Source: a virus
Length of the DNA: 32,728 bases
IMG/VR virus record: IMGVR_UViG_3300045988_120863
Strand: one strand, 5' to 3'
Shown: in pieces, positions 1 through 6,063 of the stretch
How the letters are laid out: every line of letters begins with the position of its first letter
Position numbering within the stretch: the stretch's first letter is position 1
Translations under genes and position numbers: made by a program
The notes under the pieces: model-generated
The model's input: only the letters and a program-made list of their open reading frames with translations
Databases searched by the model: none
What the model was told of the DNA's origin: nothing

Positions 1-55
1 GAAGTGCGTCCGAGGCCTTGCGACCTCTTTCGCACTTCACTATACAATCAACATA
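1..55. repeat. Terminal direct repeat, copy 1 (exact duplicate of 32674-32728); circular-assembly overlap
   Basis: gaagtgcgtccgaggccttgcgacctctttcgcacttcactatacaatcaacata is present at both window ends, 55/55 identical. Confidence 0.95.
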
Positions 56-68
56 GGCCCCTTGTCAA
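39..68 (-). promoter_or_regulatory. Sigma70-type promoter of the early operon (reads across the circular junction toward 32639)
   Basis: Minus strand reads TTGACA (68-63), then 18 nt, then TATAGT (44-39). It lies about 100 nt upstream (through the junction) of the first early gene. Confidence 0.5.
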
Positions 69-99
69 GTGATTTGCGAAAATTTTAGTAATTTATTTT

Positions 100-1131
100 T
101 CAAAGGCTGTTCATGCAGGCCTCGAACACCTCCGCCGCCGTGTGGAAATTGAATATCTTCCGGGGATAATTATTGATCCATTCCTCCGTTTTTTTCAGAG
201 TAGAGGCCGGAATAGTTGCAAAATCTGTCCCTTTCGGGTGCTTGCGGCGGATCATGCCGTTTTGTCGCTCGTTCGATCCTCTTTCCCATGAGCTATACGG
301 GTGGCAGTAATAGACCGTCGTCCGGGCACCTTTCCGCCGACAAGCCTTTTCCATGCCCGCGCAGTCGGCAAACTCCGGGCCATTGTCTACGGTGATCGAC
401 CGAAATACCTTGTAGAAAAGGGCGCCGTATTTGCGCTCGAGCGTGTTTAGGGCCTTTACCACGCTTTCGGTGGTGTTCGTCTTTATCGGGATCATAATTT
501 CATGGCGAGAGAGCCGCTCCGTGAGTACCAGCAAGCGTGGACGGCTCTTTTGTATGCCCTGTACGGTGTCCATTTCCCAATGCCCGAAAGTCTCTCGGGA
601 GTTGATCTCCTCCGGGCGCTGTTCAATGCTCAAGCCTTTAGGGGCCCGGGCCGCACGGACGCGGCGATAGCCCCTCTTTTTTGCCGTCTTATGAGGGAGG
701 TCTTTATTCGTTATCCCGAGGAAAAGGCCGAGGTCGATATAGCGATAGAGAGTGCGGACGGAAATCTCGGTATCGAATACGAGGCCCTTTGCCTTGATCT
801 CGCCGAGGGCGGCCTCCGGCGATCTGTTCCCGCCTTTGATGGCGGCCTCGAGGTATCGGGCGAGGCGGTGATCCTTGCCGATTTTGAGACCCGGCCCCTT
901 GTCCGGGTAGTGATCCTCGTACCGAGCTTGTGCAATATCGGGGATATAGCACTCCCGGTCTATGAGCTCGGTCGTGCGCTGAATACCGAGGCCGCGCTTG
1001 ATCTCCCGGTAGATCGTGGAGACATGGCGGCCCAACTCGTCGGCGATCCGCTGTTTCGACCACCCATCTTTGAGGCGTGTCTCGATAATAAGGCGCTCTC
1101 TCCAAGTCAAGTGCTGGTAGTTTTCTCCCAT
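100..1131 (-). CDS. IS30-family DDE transposase (343 aa)
   Basis: ATG at 1131 has GGAGGG 7 nt upstream; the track ORF starts 8 codons earlier. N-terminal HTH LTWRERLIIETRLKDGWSKQRIADELGRHVSTIYREIKRG. DDE contexts HWEMDTV, ITVDNGPEF and SSWERGSNERQNG are typical of IS30 transposases. Confidence 0.85.
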   Translation of the reverse strand: MGENYQHLTWRERLIIETRLKDGWSKQRIADELGRHVSTIYREIKRGLGIQRTTELIDRECYIPDIAQARYEDHYPDKGPGLKIGKDHRLARYLEAAIKGGNRSPEAALGEIKAKGLVFDTEISVRTLYRYIDLGLFLGITNKDLPHKTAKKRGYRRVRAARAPKGLSIEQRPEEINSRETFGHWEMDTVQGIQKSRPRLLVLTERLSRHEIMIPIKTNTTESVVKALNTLERKYGALFYKVFRSITVDNGPEFADCAGMEKACRRKGARTTVYYCHPYSSWERGSNERQNGMIRRKHPKGTDFATIPASTLKKTEEWINNYPRKIFNFHTAAEVFEACMNSL

Positions 1132-1150
1132 TTCCAAACCCTCCTGGTAA

Positions 1151-1188
1151 ATCAAAGCCCCGCCGCGGCCATGTAGACCGGGCGGGGC
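1151..1188 (-). terminator. Hairpin terminator after the RHH gene, directly abutting the transposase RBS
   Basis: Stem gccccgcc (1157-1164) pairs with ggcggggc (1181-1188). On the minus strand it is followed by TTTGAT, a weak U-tail. Confidence 0.45.
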
Positions 1189-1193
1189 GTGGT

Positions 1194-1385
1194 TTATTTC
1201 TGCAAAAACTCCTCTATCGCTCGTTTGATAATTTGAGCCTGGACGGCCCCCTCAGCGTCGCACTTTTCCCGAAATGCCGCCGCGAGGTCTTTCGGCACAC
1301 GGACGGAAATCACGTCATAGGCTTTTTGGTTGTATCTCGACTTTACCGCCGTCGAGGTCTTAGTCTTTCTCTTGCTTTCTTCCAC
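1194..1385 (-). CDS. Ribbon-helix-helix (Arc/CopG-like) DNA-binding protein, 63 aa
   Basis: GTG start with GAGGAGG 7 nt upstream. YDVISVRVPKDLAAAFREKC...IIKRAIEEFLQK fits a strand-helix-helix layout. Confidence 0.6.
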   Translation of the reverse strand: MEESKRKTKTSTAVKSRYNQKAYDVISVRVPKDLAAAFREKCDAEGAVQAQIIKRAIEEFLQK

Positions 1386-1537
1386 GTTTCCGCCTCCTCA
1401 CGTTGATAACGATAGAGCATACCGCGAGGGTGATACTCACTCCGCACAAAATATAAATGACTGTGTCCATGACGGTTTGACATTGAGCCCGTTTCATGTT
1501 ACTATGCAAGGGCGAGGGGGATTGCTCCCCCTGCCCT

Positions 1538-1663
1538 TTACTCGGTGAGCTTTTCTATCAGCAGTAGAATGGCAATCACGAGGTTTAGGATCGCGGTAAC
1601 AAGGTTTATGTAGCTGTCCGGCTCGGCCTTGTTGCCGCTTTTCTTTTTGCGTTTTTTGCTCAA
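1538..1663 (-). CDS. Small membrane peptide (41 aa), TTG start
   Basis: AGGAGGA (1671-1677) lies 7 nt upstream of TTG at 1663. Product is SKKRKKKSGNKAEPDSYINLVTAILNLVIAILLLIEKLTE: a basic N-terminus plus one TM helix. The longer track ORF would overlap the XRE gene. Confidence 0.35.
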   Translation of the reverse strand: MSKKRKKKSGNKAEPDSYINLVTAILNLVIAILLLIEKLTE

Positions 1664-1749
1664 TGCTTTATCCTCCTTTCGCTTATTATAATACCATACT
1701 GCTTGCAGTATGTCAATAGTTTTTTGCAAAAAATATCCGCCTCGGGAAA

Positions 1750-2010
1750 TCAATCCCGGGGCGGGTTTTTGTCTGCACCTATGAGCCAATCGGCGGAGAC
1801 GTGGAAAATTCTCGTCAGGACGAGGAGCTCGTAATCCGTCACGAGGCGAGAGCCGCTCTCGATCCGACTAACTGCGTCTTGTTCAATGATCGCGCCCTCT
1901 GTCTGCATTTTCGCCGCGAGGGCTGTTTGTGATAGGCGGGCCCGGAGGCGTAGCTCCCGGACGCGGTCGCCCGATACGTTCCCCTTGCCCTCAAATTGAA
2001 ATTTTCTCAC
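1750..2010 (-). CDS. XRE-family HTH transcriptional regulator (repressor-like), 86 aa
   Basis: HTH_3-type segment LSQTALAAKMQTEGAIIEQDAVSRIESGSRLVTDYELLVLTRIFHVSADWLIG. GTG start. Confidence 0.8.
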   Translation of the reverse strand: MRKFQFEGKGNVSGDRVRELRLRARLSQTALAAKMQTEGAIIEQDAVSRIESGSRLVTDYELLVLTRIFHVSADWLIGADKNPPRD

Positions 2011-2100
2011 TCGCCCGAGTTCCTCCTATGGTAATATCCAATATTCTAATTGACATTAACATATTTTCCTCGGGTTCTTATGGGAATACTCCATAGCTCG

Positions 2101-2131
2101 AAAAAATAAGGGCCGGAGTTTCCTCCGGCCC
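2101..2131 (-). terminator. Rho-independent terminator after the endolysin gene
   Basis: Stem gggccggag (2110-2118) pairs with ctccggccc (2123-2131) around a 4-nt loop. The minus strand then reads TTATTTTTT. Confidence 0.75.
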
Positions 2132-2138
2132 GCTCGGG

Positions 2139-2969
2139 TTATGCTTTCTCTCTGGCCTCGTGGTACATGACGGCCACGATTGCGGCCTTGAGGGTCTCCT
2201 TGCGGAGGTTGAGGTCGGTCGCGCATACCTCTTTCGGCGTCCCGCCGTTGACGGCGCCGGAGTCCAGCAAGGCCGCCGCGGCGCCTTTCCAGTATTCCGG
2301 GACGTCTTTCAAGTCCTTATAGACAGGGTTTTCCTCGTCGAGGACTTCTTTCACGGTCTGACGGATCAGGGCCTTTAATTCTTCGTTGCTCATGTCGATT
2401 TCCTCCTCATAGGTAACGTAGGGGATTTTCCCCCACTTTTTCCACTTCCGGGCGTTGTACCCGGATTTACTTCCGATATTTGCGACGGCGGTAATCTGTA
2501 CGCCGTTTTTCCATGCGGGCGTACACTCTACCGCGAGCCCGCCGCCGACATAAATTCCGATATGGCCCGTCGTCCACACCGCCGCCCCGGGCGCGATCCC
2601 GGAGAAATCGGTCGAGACGCCGGAACAAATCGAGATCATACCGTCCGCCGAAATGTCTGGGCAGGCGCCCGCGAGTACCTGGTTCATGGTCGGATAGGTG
2701 GCGCCGCCGTAGGTTCTGGCGCTATCCCCGCTCCACCCCCACAAGATCGCCTTAATGAGGCCCACGCAATCGAAATAAAACGCCTTGGGGTTTCCGGCGT
2801 AGCGGCGAGCGGCGTCAATCCACCCCTTTTCTGTATTCTTTGCGTAGGCGTTCGCCGCCCGGGTGAGACTCGCGTCGGTGATCGGCGAGCCGAGGCCGCC
2901 CCAAATATACGAGGTCTTATAGTCCCGGGCGATAGAGAGCGCCTTTGCGATAAAGTCGGCCGAGTTCAT
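2139..2969 (-). CDS. Endolysin, NlpC/P60-type cell-wall hydrolase with a C-terminal extra domain
   Basis: SYIWGG, FDCVGLIK (catalytic Cys context) and GHIGIYVG (His context). It is the last gene of the lysis cassette. RBS GAGGAGGG. Confidence 0.8.
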   Translation of the reverse strand: MNSADFIAKALSIARDYKTSYIWGGLGSPITDASLTRAANAYAKNTEKGWIDAARRYAGNPKAFYFDCVGLIKAILWGWSGDSARTYGGATYPTMNQVLAGACPDISADGMISICSGVSTDFSGIAPGAAVWTTGHIGIYVGGGLAVECTPAWKNGVQITAVANIGSKSGYNARKWKKWGKIPYVTYEEEIDMSNEELKALIRQTVKEVLDEENPVYKDLKDVPEYWKGAAAALLDSGAVNGGTPKEVCATDLNLRKETLKAAIVAVMYHEAREKA

Positions 2970-3191
2970 TTACTTTCCCTCCTCAGTGGTCTGAGTCCCG
3001 TCCGTGGTGCTCTGTTCGCGCTGGGTCTGAGTGCCGAAATAGAACGCGATCACGACGGCGTACACGGTCATAAAGTCCTGCGCGATTTTGTTCGTAACGG
3101 CGAGGTAGGCAAAAACCGCCGTGAGGGTGATCGTGACAATGGATTTCACGGAGAGGAGGTTTGCGATACGCTTGATGATCTTTTCATTCAT
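2970..3191 (-). CDS. Holin (73 aa, two TM helices, charged C-tail)
   Basis: Internal ATG at 3191 with GAAAGGA upstream. Product MNEKIIKRIANLLSVKSIVTITLTAVFAYLAVTNKIAQDFMTVYAVVIAFYFG... Sits directly upstream of the endolysin. The track ORF's N-terminal extension is Arg/Pro-rich and overlaps the previous gene. Confidence 0.6.
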   Translation of the reverse strand: MNEKIIKRIANLLSVKSIVTITLTAVFAYLAVTNKIAQDFMTVYAVVIAFYFGTQTQREQSTTDGTQTTEEGK

Positions 3192-3211
3192 GGTGTAGTC
3201 CTTTCCCCGGG

Positions 3212-3511
3212 TCAAATCCCGGTGTCCCCTAAATCTTTTGTTGTTGGTTCTTCCTTGTCGTCCTTTTTGAGGACGGTTTTCAGGCATAGCAAGAGGAGCT
3301 CGCCGCCGAAAAAGCCGAGGATCACGCCCAGGAGGGCCGCGGGGTCGTTTCCCGTCCTGGACATGATACGGAGCGCGTACCAGCTCGCCCCGGAGGCGGC
3401 GGCCACACAATAGGCGATTGTCACCTTTGCGAATAGGTGAGGAATTTTCCCGATCCGCTTCACGAGCCGGGAGAGACGAGAGGGCGTTTTCGCCTCATAT
3501 TTCCCGCTCAT
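3212..3511 (-). CDS. Holin-like membrane protein (99 aa, two TM helices)
   Basis: Hydrophobic helices LFAKVTIAYCVAAASGASWYAL and AALLGVILGFFGGELLLLCL followed by an acidic/basic tail. Located in the lysis cassette. Confidence 0.5.
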   Translation of the reverse strand: MSGKYEAKTPSRLSRLVKRIGKIPHLFAKVTIAYCVAAASGASWYALRIMSRTGNDPAALLGVILGFFGGELLLLCLKTVLKKDDKEEPTTKDLGDTGI

Positions 3512-3825
3512 AGCCCCACCCGGGCCAATATGTAGCCCACCACCGCCGCGGTGACGAGGAGGATCACTTTCTCGACGAGGGTTTTCCAGCGGTTCCCCGG
3601 CTCCGCTTCGATCTTCTCCACCTTGCCGGAGAGATCGGAGAGGTCGGTTTTAACCTCCTTGATCGCCTCCGTTTGGTGCTTCTGCTCTTTCGCCATAACC
3701 TCGACCGAGGTCGCGAGGCGGTTTATTGCCTCCGTGCTTTTCTCGAGGTGGTCGAGCCTGTGCGTGTTCGATTTACTGCGGGCCTCCGTCTCGGCCAGCT
3801 TTACGGCCATTTCTTCGCCCGTCAT
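3508..3825 (-). CDS. XhlA-like lysis-associated protein (coiled coil plus C-terminal TM)
   Basis: A long heptad-like region ends in RWKTLVEKVILLVTAAVVGYILARVGL. The architecture and its position upstream of the holins match the PBSX-type XhlA family. Confidence 0.6.
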   Translation of the reverse strand: MTGEEMAVKLAETEARSKSNTHRLDHLEKSTEAINRLATSVEVMAKEQKHQTEAIKEVKTDLSDLSGKVEKIEAEPGNRWKTLVEKVILLVTAAVVGYILARVGL

Positions 3826-4613
3826 GCCGTCACCCCCTCGGCGGTCTTGATCGCCGCTAAAATATCCGCCTTTAGTGTTAAGCCCGTGAGCGCGATCCCG
3901 TTCTCTGAGGCGTACTCCTTGAGCTCCGCGACGGTCATAGCGTCCAGGTCTTTAACCTCCGTCCACCCGTAAACCCCGGGCTCCCATACGTTATTGTCGA
4001 GATCGGACGTCCATTTCTTTTCAGAGTGGGAGACCTTGGCCCCGGCGCTATATGCGTCATGGGCCCCGATGGGCTGGGCCCACTTCGGCCACTCTTCGGA
4101 GGGATCGGCGATCTCGGCCCACAAGCTCGCCGCGGCGTCCGGCGTCCAATTCTCCTGTGAGGTGTGAGCCTGGACGCAACGATAGAGGCGGCCCGCGTGG
4201 AGGCGGATCGCTCCGGCCTTATATGCAACGGGATAGGCCCATTCGGCAAACTGCGAGGCGTTCTCCGCCGCCGTGGTGTCGTCGATCTGTCCCGTCTCGG
4301 CCATAACGGTAAAGACGATAGAGGCGGCCACGGTTGCTTGTGCCATGTCCTCGACCTCCGCCGCGAGCTGTGGCGTGTGATCGGTCTCGACAAGGACGCT
4401 CTCGACCTCATACCACCGATAAAAGAGCCCGTCGCCGGACTCCTCGCGGAGGAGATCGCCGACGATCACCTCGTAGACGCTTACCTTGTCCTCCTGGGTC
4501 TGCGTGAATGTGACGAGGTCGCCCGTGAGGCCGATCTCGGCGTCGGACTTGATACGGAGATAGCGGAGGCTTTTCCCGTTCCGTCTCGTGGTTCCGATCA
4601 TGTACTCGAGCAT
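3822..4613 (-). CDS. Phage protein with two CBM5/12-like carbohydrate-binding repeats and a C-terminal HeH/SAP-like motif
   Basis: YKAGAIRLHAGRLYRCVQAHTSQENWTPDAAASLWAEI and YSAGAKVSHSEKKWTSDLDNNVWEPGVYGWTEV resemble chitin-binding type-3 repeats. The C-terminus reads MTVAELKEYASENGIALTGLTLKADILAAIK. RBS AAGGAG. Confidence 0.5.
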   Translation of the reverse strand: MLEYMIGTTRRNGKSLRYLRIKSDAEIGLTGDLVTFTQTQEDKVSVYEVIVGDLLREESGDGLFYRWYEVESVLVETDHTPQLAAEVEDMAQATVAASIVFTVMAETGQIDDTTAAENASQFAEWAYPVAYKAGAIRLHAGRLYRCVQAHTSQENWTPDAAASLWAEIADPSEEWPKWAQPIGAHDAYSAGAKVSHSEKKWTSDLDNNVWEPGVYGWTEVKDLDAMTVAELKEYASENGIALTGLTLKADILAAIKTAEGVTA

Positions 4614-5668
4614 AATATTCTCTCCTTTCGCGACGCCTCCCGGACGACGCTCTTTATTGTTTTCTCGATAGGCCGGACGTGCTTATCGTAGAGGCTCCAC
4701 CCGGCACAATGCTTTAGCTGTCCCGACCGTGATAAAATTCCCCGTGCCTGGATCGGCGCTATTTTGCGGTGGGCCGCGATCCGTTTCCGGGCCCGGGTGC
4801 ATTGTCTTTTCAGGCGGAGGAGGTTTTTCTTGCGGATCAGAGTTAGGCCCCGTTTGTAGCGGTAGCCGACCGCGTTCACCATGCGTTTGCGGGTGTTGTA
4901 GAGTTGCCAATTCTCCTTTAGGCGGAGGCCCATTCTCCCCAAAAACTCCATGATCGACCGGATCGCCCGATGGAGTTTCTTTTTGTTGTGTCCGAAAATA
5001 GTCAGGTTGTCAATATAACGGACGTAATGACGGACGCCGTCTCCGAGCTTTTCCCGGATATAGTGGTCGAGCGGCTCGAGGACTGCGTTCGCGAGCCATT
5101 GAGAAATGTAAAACCCGATCTTGATACCGTCCTTGATGATCCGCCAAATGAGGCCGAGAAAAGCCTCGTCCTTGATCTTTCGCCGGAGAAACCGCATAAC
5201 CTCTCGCGGAGAGAGGGAGGGATAAAATTTCTTTATGTCCAGCTCGGCGGCGTACTTTGTGCCTTTCTGGTCTTTCTCGAGCCACTTCTCAATAGCTTTC
5301 CGGGCGCGGTGCGGGCCCCGGCCTGGTATGCTCCCGCAACAATAGAAATCCATTCCGCGCATGAGGACAGGGGCCAGGACTTGAACGATCATGTGGTGAA
5401 CGTATTGATCCGGCCATAGGGCGGGCTCGTTGATCTCGCGCCATTTCCCCGCCGTGGAGTCGTAGCGAGGAAATGTCCGGGGCTTTTTCGGGTGGAAATC
5501 CCGTAGGAGTTCGCAAAGCTCGTCCGCCCGGGCCTCTTTCGTGCTCTCCACCCATTGAGCCGTTTTATTCTTCTTCCGGGGCTCATTTACTGCCTCGATT
5601 GCTAAAAGGGCGTTCTCACGGGTGCAAAGTTTCTCCATGAGATACCCGATCCGTTTTGTATTTTTCAT
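4598..5668 (-). CDS. DGR reverse transcriptase (356 aa)
   Basis: Motif A is AAELDIKKFYPSL. The DGR-typical motif is GFYISQWLANAVLEPLD. Motif C is VRYIDNLTIFG. Start set at ATG 5668 (MKNTKRIGYLMEKL...), because the upstream part of the track ORF is the translated TR. Confidence 0.85.
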   Translation of the reverse strand: MKNTKRIGYLMEKLCTRENALLAIEAVNEPRKKNKTAQWVESTKEARADELCELLRDFHPKKPRTFPRYDSTAGKWREINEPALWPDQYVHHMIVQVLAPVLMRGMDFYCCGSIPGRGPHRARKAIEKWLEKDQKGTKYAAELDIKKFYPSLSPREVMRFLRRKIKDEAFLGLIWRIIKDGIKIGFYISQWLANAVLEPLDHYIREKLGDGVRHYVRYIDNLTIFGHNKKKLHRAIRSIMEFLGRMGLRLKENWQLYNTRKRMVNAVGYRYKRGLTLIRKKNLLRLKRQCTRARKRIAAHRKIAPIQARGILSRSGQLKHCAGWSLYDKHVRPIEKTIKSVVREASRKERILCSST

Positions 5669-5817
5669 GCTGTGGTCGCCTTTCGGACGTAAATAATTTT
5701 TCTTATTCACCTCACGGCCTTTCAAATCCATATCGGGCTTACTTGGCCGTGTCCCTGCGGCGAAATTTTCACCGAGCGGTGAGGAAAAGACTACGCGGAG
5801 TTTCGGGTATGGAATAA

Positions 5818-5960
5818 GTAGCCGCGAGCCGAGGTTGGAGTTCGTGCTGGAGGGCGCGTAGTAGCCGTTGAGGTAGAACGGCCCCGCGTTGGTGCCGTTG
5901 TTGTAGTTGCCGCCCACATAGAGCCCACGGACGCCGGAGTTATAGTTGCAATAATCCGGG
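5818..5960 (-). repeat. DGR template repeat (TR), 143 bp
   Basis: 133/143 identical to 6077-6219 at a constant offset of 259. All 10 mismatches are at T on the plus strand, which is A on the coding strand. TR reads as an Asn(AAC)-rich version of the VR peptide. Confidence 0.9.
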
Positions 5961-6022
5961 CCCGGAAAACGGAGACCCCGGTCGCATGGCGTAGCCAGTC
6001 CCTAAATTGCGAGGTTTTTTAT

Positions 6023-6063
6023 GGGGGTTGCGACCCCCAAACCCCCGGGCGGCTTACGCCGCC
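6023..6063 (-). promoter_or_regulatory. Two GC-rich hairpins immediately 3' of VR (candidate DGR target-recognition structure)
   Basis: ggcggc-ttac-gccgcc (6048-6063) has the target stop codon in its loop. gggggt-tgcg-accccc lies at 6023-6038. Neither has a U-tail on either strand. Confidence 0.5.

Noticed and set aside
1-55. Interpreting the 55-bp end repeat as attL/attR or as a physical direct terminal repeat of the virion DNA
   Set aside because: No host-like flanking sequence is present, and the operon structure runs seamlessly through the join. The length also equals a common assembler k-mer. Circular-assembly overlap is the simplest reading, although it cannot be excluded without reads.
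56-1193. Terminal inverted repeats and target-site duplication that would define a discrete IS30-type insertion sequence
   Set aside because: Comparing 56-99 with the reverse complement of 1132-1193 by eye gave only a 6-nt coincidence (tgattt). No IS boundaries are called. A computational IR search is still needed.
5669-5917. N-terminal 83 codons of the track ORF 4598-5917 (MGGNYNNGTNAGPFYLNG...)
   Set aside because: This stretch is the template repeat read in the VR frame plus spacer. It is not part of the RT. The RT homology begins at MKNTKRIGYLMEKL (ATG 5668).
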